From Candidatus Saccharimonadota bacterium (lineage in GTDB: Bacteria; Patescibacteriota; Saccharimonadia; Saccharimonadales; JAGQMS01), in assembly GCA_043719125.1 (NCBI GenBank), contig JAYSUL010000024.1, forward strand, positions 1-40,410: DNA of 40,410 bases, written 5' to 3'. The notes under the pieces were generated by a model that was not told where the DNA came from, searched no databases, and worked only from the letters and a program-made list of their open reading frames with translations. The position numbers were made by a program, and so were the translations under genes. This document shows positions 31,680 through 40,410 of this stretch, piece after piece. Numbering within the stretch: the stretch's first letter is position 1; each line of letters begins with the position of its first letter.

Positions 31680-33317
31680 ATGGCTAAGAAAGTATTTTAT
31701 GATGAAGACGCCCGCAGACGCGTATTAGGCGGTGCAAAGATCCTCTACGACGCAGTCAAAACAACGATGGGCCCAAAGGGTCGTAATGTTGTTATATCAA
31801 AAGCCTATGGCGCACCAACAGTTACACACGACGGCGTAACGGTCGCAAAGGGCGTAGATATCGCTGATGTCGATGACGAAACGCTGGGCTATAAAGTCGG
31901 TGCAGAACTTATCAAGCAAGCTGCAAATAAAATGAATGACGTGGCTGGCGACGGCACCACATCTGTCACCGTACTAACCTATAACATTCTTAGTGAGGCA
32001 AATAAACTCATCGCAGCAGGCCATAACCCGATGCTCCTTAGAAAAGGGCTCGAAACAGCAGCCACTGACGTAATCGCGAAGCTCGAAGGCATGAAAGAAG
32101 ATATCGCCGGCAAGAAAACCCGCGTCGCAGAAGTAGCCACTATTTCGGCAGGTGATGCTGAAATCGGGCAACTAATTGCTGACGTCATGGACAAAGTTGG
32201 CAAAGACGGCATCGTGACCGTTGAAGCGGGCCAAGGGCTTCATCTCGAACAAGAAGTAGTCGAAGGCTTTACCTTTGACCGCGGATTCGTCAGCCCGTAC
32301 ATGGTGACTGACGCTACCCGCATGGAAGCCGTATACAGCAAGCCAGCAGTCGTCGTAACCGACAAGAAAATTACGTCCATACAGGAATTCCTACCACTTC
32401 TCGAAAAACTAGCAGCAGCCGGCAAAAAGGACCTCGTCCTTATCTGTGAAGATGTCGAAGGCGAAGCACTAGGCACACTCGTACTCAACAAACTCAAAGG
32501 TGTATTTAACTGCGTAGCAGTCAAAGCTCCAGCATTTGGCGACAGACGCAAAGATGTACTACAAGACATCGCGATCCTCACCGGGGCAGAAGTTATATCA
32601 GAGGACAAAGGCCACACATTTGAAAATGTAGAGCTCGATGTCGTAGGCTCTGCGCGCAAAGTCATAGTCACAAAAGACGAGACAACGATCATCGAAGGAT
32701 CAGGCAACAGCGTGGAGCTTAACGCTCGCATCAAGCAAATAGTTTCACAGGGCAAAGAGGCAAAAAGCGAGTACGAAAGAGAAAACTTTGGTAAAAGAGC
32801 CGCTGCACTTAACGGCAAAGTAGCCGTCATCAAAGTCGGTGGTGCAACTGAGCCAGAAATAGAAGAAAAGAAATTCCGCGTCGATGATGCCGTACACGCA
32901 GTCAAAGCAGCACTTGATGAGGGAGTTGTAGCTGGTGGTGGCGTAACGTTCGTCAACCTCGCGCAGACAATCACCTCAGCAGACGATAATGCCACCATTG
33001 TAGCTGGTAGTACTATCCTTCGGAATGCCCTCGAACAACCATTCCGTATCCTCATGGAAAACGCCGGCATCAATGCCGACGAATGGTTGCCAAAGGTCAA
33101 AGCAGGCAAACCAGGGCAGGGCGTGAACGTCAACGACCCGACAAAGATCGTCGACATGAAGTCAACTGGTGTTGTTGACCCAGCTCGCGTAACTCGTGAA
33201 GCTATCCAAAATGCCGTCTCAATCGCCGGCACAGGCATGACAATGGGCGCATTGGTCGTAGATGTACCAGAAAAGTCAGCACCGATGCCACAAGGTGGCG
33301 GGGGAATGGACTTCTAG
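31680..33317 (+). CDS. groEL: Chaperonin GroEL
   Basis: Starts at ATG 31680 (MAKKVFYDEDARRRVLGG...); the ORF track extends upstream to 31575. GDGTTSVTVL motif and GGGGMDF terminus. Confidence 0.96.
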   Translation: MAKKVFYDEDARRRVLGGAKILYDAVKTTMGPKGRNVVISKAYGAPTVTHDGVTVAKGVDIADVDDETLGYKVGAELIKQAANKMNDVAGDGTTSVTVLTYNILSEANKLIAAGHNPMLLRKGLETAATDVIAKLEGMKEDIAGKKTRVAEVATISAGDAEIGQLIADVMDKVGKDGIVTVEAGQGLHLEQEVVEGFTFDRGFVSPYMVTDATRMEAVYSKPAVVVTDKKITSIQEFLPLLEKLAAAGKKDLVLICEDVEGEALGTLVLNKLKGVFNCVAVKAPAFGDRRKDVLQDIAILTGAEVISEDKGHTFENVELDVVGSARKVIVTKDETTIIEGSGNSVELNARIKQIVSQGKEAKSEYERENFGKRAAALNGKVAVIKVGGATEPEIEEKKFRVDDAVHAVKAALDEGVVAGGGVTFVNLAQTITSADDNATIVAGSTILRNALEQPFRILMENAGINADEWLPKVKAGKPGQGVNVNDPTKIVDMKSTGVVDPARVTREAIQNAVSIAGTGMTMGALVVDVPEKSAPMPQGGGGMDF

Positions 33318-33339
33318 CAAGTTCTCAGCGAAAGCATTT

Positions 33340-33372
33340 AACAGGGATGGCATAATGCTATCCCTGTTTTAA
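33340..33372 (+). terminator. groEL terminator
   Basis: aacagggat-ggcataatgct-atccctgtt followed by ttaa. Confidence 0.7.
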
Positions 33373-33433
33373 TATTGCTTATTTGACATTATTATAGTAT
33401 AATAGACTTATTAAACCGTAGGGAGTTTTATAT

Positions 33434-33904
33434 ATGGCACAGAGCTTTTGGAGTAAACGAAAAAACGATATGTCTACTGCAGGTGGTTACGTAAAATCCA
33501 CCAGCGCTGTTTCACGCCCTACAGCCCTCGTCATGACCGTACTCGGGATAGTCGTCGTTGGTGGTCTGCTATTCGGTATATTCTCTGCTGCTAGATGGTC
33601 ATTTGGCCGACTTACGGACAATGACACTACACCTAAGCCTGCAAATGTTGCAACATCAAATACAACTACTAGCCCATCAGACAATAGCACCTCCAATACG
33701 AACACCGCTCCAAGCGTTACCGCCACGTCGTCAACCTCTACGACAACTCCTTCAGCAGCGCCTAAGCCAGCAACAACTACTCCAGCAGTCGTAGCCACAG
33801 CAAACTTGCCACACACTGGCCCTGTTAGTAATACAGCACTATTTGTCGGCCTATTAGTAGTAAGCTACCTGGTCTACCGCAAAAAACTCCTCAAGAACCA
33901 GTAA
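33434..33904 (+). CDS. LPXTG-anchored surface protein (sortase substrate)
   Basis: 156 aa with an N-terminal TM/signal, a Thr/Ser/Asn-rich spacer and a C-terminal LPHTG motif plus hydrophobic span plus YRKKLLKNQ. Confidence 0.85.
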   Translation: MAQSFWSKRKNDMSTAGGYVKSTSAVSRPTALVMTVLGIVVVGGLLFGIFSAARWSFGRLTDNDTTPKPANVATSNTTTSPSDNSTSNTNTAPSVTATSSTSTTTPSAAPKPATTTPAVVATANLPHTGPVSNTALFVGLLVVSYLVYRKKLLKNQ

Positions 33905-34408
33905 CTACGCTGTATGAGATGTAAAGTAGTTGATCTCGTTCACTACGTCGAGTAGTGCCTGAGCCTTGACCTTTTCGTCTGTGATCGCCTGGGCTGCTTC
34001 ATAAGCTGCACGTACTAGTGTCTTGTCGTCTGACGCCTGAATAAGCATCATTGTTGTACGAAACTTCTCTTCTGGGCTCTGGTCAAGACTGCCGACGAGA
34101 GGGGATAGTGCACCTAGAGCATCTTGTTTGATAGCAAGCAAATCATCGTCAGACGATGATGGAGTTGTCGAAATAGGATTTGGGGCAGAAACAGCGGCAG
34201 GGCTGGCAGCGACAGCGTCTTGATGCATCTGCATAACAGGATTATCCATCTGTACGGCACTATCATCAGGGTAGGCTGGTGTCATTTGATGATCTTCTGT
34301 GGGCTGGTCGGTCTGCGTTGCCATCCCAGGATCTGCAACTAACGATGGATCCATAGGCTGCATAGCGCCCTGGTCTTGTACTTGATTTGTGCTGTCGTCT
34401 CCAAACAT
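33905..34408 (-). CDS. Hypothetical protein with a disordered Q/M/D/P-rich N-terminus
   Basis: ATG at 34408 preceded by gggggtggg; the ORF track extends to 34540. 167 aa with a helical C-terminal domain. No family recognised. Confidence 0.6.
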   Translation of the reverse strand: MFGDDSTNQVQDQGAMQPMDPSLVADPGMATQTDQPTEDHQMTPAYPDDSAVQMDNPVMQMHQDAVAASPAAVSAPNPISTTPSSSDDDLLAIKQDALGALSPLVGSLDQSPEEKFRTTMMLIQASDDKTLVRAAYEAAQAITDEKVKAQALLDVVNEINYFTSHTA

Positions 34409-34485
34409 ACCCACCCCCGTTTGTAATAATTTTATACCGCTTGTACTTAATTGTACCAGAAAGCATTTCTCTGTACTATTAGTGC

Positions 34486-35523
34486 ATGAGCCAAATCGAC
34501 GACCTAAAGTACATTCACGCAAAAGACACATCAGACGCACTCGGTATTGCGGAAAAGCAATGGCAACAACTCGAACACGAGTTTGCTATACCAAAGCTAG
34601 ACTACAAAGTAGAAAATATCGTTTTTACCGGCATGGGTGGTTCGGCACTTGCAGCGTTACTATCAAAAACTTGGCCTGGCTACACTGTCCCGTTTGAAGT
34701 AACCCGTGGATACCACCTACCGGCGTACGTGTCAGCTAAAACGCTCGTCATAGCATCGAGCTACTCAGGCAATACCGAAGAAACAATCTCCGCACTCCAT
34801 GAGGCAGAAAACGCCGGAGCCCACATCATCTGCATTTCATCGGGTGGCAAACTCGCCGATCTCGCCAAAGAAAAAGGTCACTTATGGGTTGAGTTACCCC
34901 AGGCAGCACAACCGCGGTTCGCGACGCTGTATAGCTTTAAAGCATTTGTGACAGTACTCGAGCGGGCAGGGCTGGTTAACCACGACAGTGCAGAAAAAGA
35001 GATCCACCAAACAGCGGAGTTCCTCAGAAATCATCTCAATAACTTTGCCCCGACAGTCCCTGCAGACCAAAACCCCGCCAAAAAACTAGCCCTAGACCTC
35101 ATCGGCCTATCGCCAGTTATTTACGGCGGACCACTGATGGCACCTGCTGCCTACAAATGGAAAATCAGCTTCAACGAAAACGCCAAAAATGTCGCTTGGT
35201 GGAACGAATTTCCGGAGTTTAATCACAACGAATTTCTTGGTTGGTCGAGCCATCCAATAGACAAACCATACGCTGTTATTGACCTGAGAAGTACTTTCGA
35301 GCATGAGCGTATCCAGAAACGCTTCGACCTGACCGCAAAACTCCTCAGTGGGCGCAGACCTGCACCCCACACCATACAGGCAGAAGGGGATACGCTCCTT
35401 GAGCAGTTGCTCTACACGATGGCACTTGGTGATTTCGTGACGCTCTACATGGCTCTCTTAAACGGAATCAACCCCACACCAGTGGAGTTGATAGAGAAGT
35501 TCAAAGTCGAACTCAGTAGATAG
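34486..35523 (+). CDS. Bifunctional phosphoglucose/phosphomannose isomerase (SIS domain)
   Basis: 345 aa with FTGMGGSALAA and SYSGNTEETISA SIS motifs and the PGI/PMI-type C-terminal half. Confidence 0.85.
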   Translation: MSQIDDLKYIHAKDTSDALGIAEKQWQQLEHEFAIPKLDYKVENIVFTGMGGSALAALLSKTWPGYTVPFEVTRGYHLPAYVSAKTLVIASSYSGNTEETISALHEAENAGAHIICISSGGKLADLAKEKGHLWVELPQAAQPRFATLYSFKAFVTVLERAGLVNHDSAEKEIHQTAEFLRNHLNNFAPTVPADQNPAKKLALDLIGLSPVIYGGPLMAPAAYKWKISFNENAKNVAWWNEFPEFNHNEFLGWSSHPIDKPYAVIDLRSTFEHERIQKRFDLTAKLLSGRRPAPHTIQAEGDTLLEQLLYTMALGDFVTLYMALLNGINPTPVELIEKFKVELSR

Positions 35524-35529
35524 TTCTAG

Positions 35530-36903
35530 CTATCGTAGCTTCATGCCTTTAGCAGATAGCTTATCGGCGCGACCCTTGGTTCGGCTTCCTATTGCACGAG
35601 TTTTTGTGTGTGCTAGTCTACGATTTTTCAGTTTTTCCTCTGCCCTTGCGATCATAGTTTTGCGATCTTCTTCTGTACTACCATATGTGCCGTCTGCTAG
35701 TGACCGTGTGTCACCAATTGACATTGACCTCGCGAGTATCCTATTTTCATGCGTTGAATAAGCGCGACCACCCGAGTAACGGAACCGTGAGTTGTTTCTC
35801 TTTGCATTTCGTGCGTTTTGATATTCTGCACGCTTTGTTGCTACTGCCGAGTCGATTGTGCGTAGCTTCATCGCTGCTTCCGAGTTTACAGCCTTCCGAG
35901 CGTTTCTACGAACGTCCTTCAGACGCCCTTTTTCCATCTTTGCAGATACTATGAAGCCGTTAGCGCGAGCGGTTTCAACATCCTTTTTAATTTGGGCGCG
36001 CATTAGCTCGCGCATCTCTCGACGTTTTCCTATACGCCCAAGCTTGTTGTACTCTGAGCGAGTATTTGCGCGTTCGATTTTGAGGTTACTTAGCTGCATT
36101 TGTGCGTCAAATTTCTTTTTTTCAAGAATTGGTTTTTGGGCTTCACGTTGAACAATACGAATTTTTTCGAGTTCGGCTGCTGCATCCTTGATCCGTGCTT
36201 TTGCGGCATGTCTACCTTCCGTTAAAGGATCAACCAATCTTTCCATTGCTATTCGTCCTGCTTCTTTAGCTGCAGCATCCACTCGAGCTGTTTTTTCTCC
36301 TGCTGTTTCAATGCGCGGTATGTTAAGTTCGGTCTTTGTGTCTCCTAGAGTTGTAACAGTAGTGTTGTCGCCCGCATGCTCGACTTTTAGTTGGCTGGGG
36401 TCAAGACTATCTGCTTTATCAAATCGCTTCGAAAAGTGCGACTCCGAGCCGTCGGTCTCTTTTGAGCCTATTGTACTTTCTCCGTCACATAAGCCGAAAC
36501 CAACGATAACATTTGGATCATCAGGACTGGACTTTTTCTCTACACCAGTTATGATCAGTTTCGAGTCAGCTGGTACGGTATGTTCCAGTGCACCAATCAT
36601 AACTTTGACAGAGCCAGGATCACCATCAACCGGCTGAGTAGAAAGTTTAGAAATATCATGAAACTCAAAGGCAGAAGCAGCATCACCCTCACCCAAAACC
36701 ACTGCACAGAGTAGGGAGGTTGCTGGAGGCAAGTCACCGGTATTGATAGCTCTCGTATCAGATTTACCTAATTCTACTGTTTCTATAACAATTTTTAGAG
36801 GGGTCAGGATTTCGGCTTTACTCGCAAGTTCGGCAGAATATACAGGACCAAAGGTGAGTTTCTCGCTACTGATTGCTTCTTTTGATGATGAACGTAGGTA
36901 CAT
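35530..36903 (-). CDS. Large orphan protein: acidic beta-rich N-terminal half, very basic coiled-coil C-terminal half
   Basis: 457 aa with no TM or signal peptide. The C-terminal ~250 aa are rich in K/R/A/E. No family recognised. Confidence 0.65.
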   Translation of the reverse strand: MYLRSSSKEAISSEKLTFGPVYSAELASKAEILTPLKIVIETVELGKSDTRAINTGDLPPATSLLCAVVLGEGDAASAFEFHDISKLSTQPVDGDPGSVKVMIGALEHTVPADSKLIITGVEKKSSPDDPNVIVGFGLCDGESTIGSKETDGSESHFSKRFDKADSLDPSQLKVEHAGDNTTVTTLGDTKTELNIPRIETAGEKTARVDAAAKEAGRIAMERLVDPLTEGRHAAKARIKDAAAELEKIRIVQREAQKPILEKKKFDAQMQLSNLKIERANTRSEYNKLGRIGKRREMRELMRAQIKKDVETARANGFIVSAKMEKGRLKDVRRNARKAVNSEAAMKLRTIDSAVATKRAEYQNARNAKRNNSRFRYSGGRAYSTHENRILARSMSIGDTRSLADGTYGSTEEDRKTMIARAEEKLKNRRLAHTKTRAIGSRTKGRADKLSAKGMKLR

Positions 36904-36952
36904 TTTGGTTTTTCTTTGTTTTTAGTTTGTTTGTTTTTATTGTACTGAGATC

Positions 36953-36981
36953 ATAATAACACAGCTTACGCTTTATGTCAA
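36953..36981 (-). promoter_or_regulatory. Consensus promoter for the 457-aa gene
   Basis: On the minus strand: TTGACA (36976-36981), 17 nt, TATTAT (36953-36958). It is followed by a ~43-nt A/C-rich leader without an SD. Confidence 0.6.
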
Positions 36982-37164
36982 GTATCGTACTTAGTATGTT
37001 CTCTGGTTCGCATTCAATTAAGCACTGTTAAGTACGAATATATTTGGATGTAGAGCAAGGCGGGTGGCGCGTCATGCGACCAAGGTGTACATTTAGTACT
37101 CCGCGGGAGAATGATGAGTCAGCCAACGCAGCTATGCGCCAAAGATATTCGTACGCCCATGAAA

Positions 37165-38391
37165 CTAACGCAAGGATTCGATAGGGTCTTTGCGGGCGGC
37201 TTTAAGTGCAGGGACGATGCCAGAAGTAATGCCTACGGCCAAAGTTACGCCAACCGCGATCAATACAACTCTCGGCTCAACAAATGGGTGGATATCCGTA
37301 TATAGACGTAGTGCACCGCTAACTACTAGGGAGATCGCGATGCCGATCAAGCCACCAATCATGGTCAGGATAATTGCCTCTACCAGGAACTGGCCAAGGA
37401 TCTGCTGGTTGGTCGCACCGATACTCTTTCTGATACCAATTTCCCTGGTTCGCTCGCTCACACTGACAAGCATTATATTCATGATGCCAATGCCACCGAC
37501 AAGAAGGGATATGCCCGCGACAGCACCAACAAAGGTCGTCAGCACGCTAAATACTTGGTCTACTACACCAACAAAATCCTTTGCCTCCAGCACGCTGAAA
37601 TCCTGTGCGCCGTGTAGCTCGAGAATCTTTTGATTTATTGCTGTGACCGTTTCCGCGGATACGTCTGTTTCTGCTAATTTAACGTCTATTTCACGGATAC
37701 CGAGTGATCCACCACTCAACGCTTTAGCTGAGCCAAGTGGTATATAAACGGCTCTGTTGAAATCGGTATTCACAAGATCCAGTGGGCTTGGATCTGTGCG
37801 CTCCATAACTCCACGGATAATGTAGTCCGTGTTCTTTATCTTTATGATTCTACCAACTGCGGGGTCTTCGCCGTATAGCTCCAAGGCGACATCAGGGCCG
37901 AGTATAACCAGATTCTTTGCAAGCTCTGGGGTTGTAAAGAATTCTCCTGTCTCAACATTGCGGTTTAAAACATCGCGTATCTGGGGGGTAGTGGCAATAA
38001 TTGCCGTGTCACCCGAGAGCTTCTTGCCGTCCTCAGTCACGATTGGGGCAGATAGAAATGCTATAGGGGCGGCATACGACACACCCGGGATAGCTTTGAC
38101 GGCATCGAGGTCTTTTTCCGTGAGAATACTTTGAGTAAATACATCGCTAATGTTTACCTTTGTAACCTTGCCGGCTTGGTCGCGCTCGACAATATTGCCT
38201 GACCTTATTACCACGAGATCAGATCCGAGGTCTTTGAGCTCACCAGCAACCTGACGCTTGAGTCCTTCACCAAGTGCAAATATCATCACAACACTCGTGA
38301 TGCCGATGATTACTCCGAGCATCGTCAGAAGACTGCGCATTTTTGCACGACCGATACTATTCATAGCCATTTGTGTATAAAGCTTTATCAT
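37165..38391 (-). CDS. ABC transporter permease, MacB/FtsX-like
   Basis: 408 aa with an N-terminal TM (LLTMLGVIIGITSVV), a large periplasmic-type domain and a C-terminal FtsX 3-TM bundle. It overlaps the ATPase gene by 4 nt (ATGA). Confidence 0.9.
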   Translation of the reverse strand: MIKLYTQMAMNSIGRAKMRSLLTMLGVIIGITSVVMIFALGEGLKRQVAGELKDLGSDLVVIRSGNIVERDQAGKVTKVNISDVFTQSILTEKDLDAVKAIPGVSYAAPIAFLSAPIVTEDGKKLSGDTAIIATTPQIRDVLNRNVETGEFFTTPELAKNLVILGPDVALELYGEDPAVGRIIKIKNTDYIIRGVMERTDPSPLDLVNTDFNRAVYIPLGSAKALSGGSLGIREIDVKLAETDVSAETVTAINQKILELHGAQDFSVLEAKDFVGVVDQVFSVLTTFVGAVAGISLLVGGIGIMNIMLVSVSERTREIGIRKSIGATNQQILGQFLVEAIILTMIGGLIGIAISLVVSGALRLYTDIHPFVEPRVVLIAVGVTLAVGITSGIVPALKAARKDPIESLR

Positions 38392-39182
38392 CGCCTCTTG
38401 CCTCCACGCTTTTTACGTTTTGGAACGCGCTTACCGAGAAGTTCTTGCTCATACTCAACCGCCGCCGGCACATCAGCGAGATCGATTGCTTCGTCACCTT
38501 TAAGCTCTTCGTCGTACTGAATCTGACCGTCTTTCATATAAATAACCCGGGTTGCATAGCGAGTTAGCTCTGAATTATGCGTCACCATCAATATTGTGTT
38601 GCCACCTTCGTGAATACTGCGGAGTAGCTCCATAGTCTGCAGGGAAGTGGCGCTGTCCAGATTGCCCGTGGGCTCATCAGCTAGGACGATACTCGGCCAG
38701 TTTACGAGAGCCCTAGCTATTGCTGTGCGCTGAGCCTGGCCACCACTAAGTTGACGCGGGAAATAATACTCTCGGTCTGATAAACCAACTTTAGCAAGGG
38801 TCTCTGAGGCTTTCTTGAGTCTTTTCACGAGGCTCATCCCTTTATAGGCAAGGGGCAAAGCGACATTCTCTAGCACTGTGAGGTTAGATATCAAGTTAGA
38901 CGACTGGAATATGAACCCAACATGATCACGCCGTACCCGAGAACGACGTCCCGGACGGAGCTTGGAGACGTCTTTATTGTCGAGCTTATATACACCGTGG
39001 CTGGCTCGGTCGAGAAGGCCGATTAGGTTCATGAGCGTAGACTTACCAGACCCCGACGGACCCATGATGGCTACAAATTCGCCTTTTTCAACAATCAGAT
39101 CAACCGCATCAAGGGCAACAACACTGGATTCGCCGAATCCATAAATCTTTGATAACCCTGCTAAATTGATGACTGTCGACAT
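38388..39182 (-). CDS. ABC transporter ATP-binding protein (MacB/LolD-type)
   Basis: 264 aa with Walker A GPSGSGKST, signature LSGGQAQRTAIARAL and Walker B VLADEPT, plus a basic C-terminal extension (KRKKRGGKRR). Stop is TGA. Confidence 0.93.
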   Translation of the reverse strand: MSTVINLAGLSKIYGFGESSVVALDAVDLIVEKGEFVAIMGPSGSGKSTLMNLIGLLDRASHGVYKLDNKDVSKLRPGRRSRVRRDHVGFIFQSSNLISNLTVLENVALPLAYKGMSLVKRLKKASETLAKVGLSDREYYFPRQLSGGQAQRTAIARALVNWPSIVLADEPTGNLDSATSLQTMELLRSIHEGGNTILMVTHNSELTRYATRVIYMKDGQIQYDEELKGDEAIDLADVPAAVEYEQELLGKRVPKRKKRGGKRR

Positions 39183-39340
39183 TGCTTTTTGCTTACCTTT
39201 ATTTACCTTTTACTAATATAACGCCGGGTAAGCCCCGACGTTATCTCTATGAATTCATTGTAACCAATCTGGGCTTCATCTACAACCTCAAAAATATTTT
39301 CTTGACTGAAACCAGAATAGCAACTACTCTTTTATTCGTT

Positions 39341-39357
39341 GGAGAGGTCGCCCAGTG
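39341..39357 (+). pseudogene. Orphan copy of the tRNA-Ser(GGA) 5' end
   Basis: ggagaggtcgccCagtg matches 39449-39465 (ggagaggtcgccTagtg) at 16 of 17 positions. No matching 3' acceptor strand follows. A TTGACT-17-TACTCT promoter-like element (39302-39330) sits just upstream. Confidence 0.55.
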
Positions 39358-39448
39358 ATCGCACACAAGACACCTTCGAGTAGGTATCTCATCGCGCCGG
39401 TTGCGAAATGAATTCGCAAATCGGGCTGCACTTCCCAGCAAAAAATAT

Positions 39449-39538
39449 GGAGAGGTCGCCTAGTGGCCTATGGCGCCGCCTTGGAAAGGCGGTTTGGGGG
39501 CAACCCCATCGAGGGTTCAAATCCCTCTCTCTCCGCCA
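39449..39538 (+). tRNA. tRNA-Ser (anticodon GGA)
   Basis: 90 nt with anticodon arm CCGCC-TTGGAAA-GGCGG, a long variable arm, T loop TTCAAAT and encoded CCA. Confidence 0.9.
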
Positions 39539-39575
39539 ATTTAAAAAGCCAGGGTTAACCCTGGCTTTTTAAATT
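39539..39575. terminator. Bidirectional terminator after tRNA-Ser(GGA)
   Basis: Perfect palindrome atttaaaaagccaggg-ttaa-ccctggctttttaaat. Confidence 0.8.
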
Positions 39576-39637
39576 GGTAAATAGCATTGTTTATACTAAT
39601 TGACGAGTGGGGTGGACGTAGGCACGATTAGTCGTGT

Positions 39638-39817
39638 CTACTTCTGTCCTATTCTTGGCACTAGTTGGTCAATTTTTTTACCAGTGTCATTCATTGTGCT
39701 CTTAATCTTAGCTTTAGTTTCTTTAGCTTTACCTTTGAATTGAAGTTTTTTATTACCAGTCATTTTACCGACTTGTTGTTGTGTTTTGCCACTAATTTTA
39801 TCTAGTGTAGTACTCAT
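39638..39817 (-). CDS. CsbD family stress-response protein
   Basis: ATG at 39817 lies 8 nt after aaggag; the track starts at GTG 39826. 59 aa, with the typical KISGKTQQQVGKMTGNKKLQFKGKAKETKAKI pattern. Confidence 0.8.
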   Translation of the reverse strand: MSTTLDKISGKTQQQVGKMTGNKKLQFKGKAKETKAKIKSTMNDTGKKIDQLVPRIGQK

Positions 39818-40039
39818 GGTATTCACTCCTTGTCATAGTTATATGTGCATATCCAGTATGTGTGTAAAAACGTTGATTTGCTGTGCGTAGCATCACATAA
39901 GATCAATAAATTTTGTACTATCAGAATGATATCCATTTCTATATAATTCTGCACCCATTAAACGTGTGTCCTTGCTCACAGACTTTGGTTATAGCTTGGA
40001 GTGTAATTAGTTAGTCTAGTTGTAGAGGAGGTATGGTAC

Positions 40040-40410
40040 ATGAAAAAGTTAACCGTTCTATTATTTGGGATATTGATATTAGGTTTTAGTTTCTATGGTT
40101 TATCTAGCAATTCGTACTATGTACAGATGCTTATGAATACCAGCGCACCCTTTATGTATGCTCGCATCGTATTAGTCGCGGTGTTAGTGACATATGTTTT
40201 TATTCCTAGCTTACGGATTCATGCGACAAGAGCTCTGGTAGGTGCGAGCGGTATTTTACTGTTGTTATTTGGGTTTATAAGCATAGGTTCACCGTACCTA
40301 CTCGGCCATATTACTACTTATATGCTACTTGGTGACTCAGCTACACTCATCGAGGCGGGCGTACTGGCAATTACTATGAGCGTAGAACTTCCCGCAAAAA
40401 GAACCAGATT
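40040..40410 (+). CDS. Membrane protein, N-terminal part (runs off the window end)
   Basis: ATG at 40040 after agaggagg. The frame is open to the end of the window. MKKLTVLLFGILILGFSFYG... with several hydrophobic spans. It is absent from the ORF track because no stop is reached. Confidence 0.6.
   Translation, partial: MKKLTVLLFGILILGFSFYGLSSNSYYVQMLMNTSAPFMYARIVLVAVLVTYVFIPSLRIHATRALVGASGILLLLFGFISIGSPYLLGHITTYMLLGDSATLIEAGVLAITMSVELPAKRTR

Noticed and set aside
32240-33238. 332-aa antisense ORF inside groEL, and similar antisense ORFs inside valS, argS, the 457-aa gene, the ABC genes and the 434-aa membrane-protein gene.
   Set aside because: These are shadow ORFs opposite well-supported genes. 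They have Ser/Thr/Ala/Leu-rich low-complexity translations and no start context.
33434-33904. The antisense and overlapping ORFs 33487-33816 and 33558-33794 as alternative genes.
   Set aside because: The plus-strand frame 33434-33904 carries a complete LPHTG sorting signal with a TM and basic tail plus an SD. The others are low-complexity shadows.
1-40410. CRISPR arrays, rRNA genes, prophage blocks, transposases or integrases, and classic defence systems (restriction-modification, toxin-antitoxin pairs, Cas).
   Set aside because: No spaced direct-repeat arrays, rRNA-like sequence or recognisable enzyme motifs of these classes were seen in any frame. The only mobile-element-like signals are the att-like tRNA fragments and the inverted repeat at 29297/29894.

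Overview
This 40.4-kb window is a gene-dense bacterial chromosome segment read with the standard code; TGA is a genuine stop for the sortase and the ABC ATPase. I support about 36 protein genes and three tRNAs (Arg-GCG, Ser-CGA, Ser-GGA). I saw no rRNA, CRISPR array, transposase, integrase or reverse transcriptase. Most genes are housekeeping or envelope-related: argS, valS, tsaD, rlmH, murE, uppP, groES/groEL with a CIRCE operator, msrB, mscL, an FeS-type photolyase-related protein, a sortase plus an LPXTG substrate, two ABC systems, a PGI/PMI isomerase and a Crp-family regulator. The gene content, the many single-pass orphan proteins and hand-counted background GC of about 35-52 percent suggest a reduced-genome Patescibacteria/CPR organism, possibly Saccharibacteria-like. 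That assignment is inference only. Sharply bounded high-GC patches (about 60-68 percent in hand-counted 60-nt samples) stand out from this background. The first is a 0.6-kb island between uppP and the sortase (10740-11345). The second is the small membrane-protein gene at 12275-12580. The third is a 2-kb insertion between murE and groES (about 29200-31125). That insertion holds an orphan unit running from a consensus promoter to an intrinsic terminator (29208-29956) with no convincing ORF. The unit contains many perfect GC-rich hairpins and a 16-bp long-range closing helix, so it is a candidate ~0.7-kb structured ncRNA or a MITE-like captured element. Next to it lie two orphan genes, one driven by a consensus native-type promoter and the other by a weaker AT-rich candidate. 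I consider this insertion the most promising novel locus. Other leads are structured leaders upstream of argS and valS, twin TTTCACGTGAAA palindromes, partial tRNA-Ser duplications resembling att scars, and a 354-bp in-frame tandem duplication in a large orphan protein. All family calls come from reading motifs in the translations by eye. No database search was possible.
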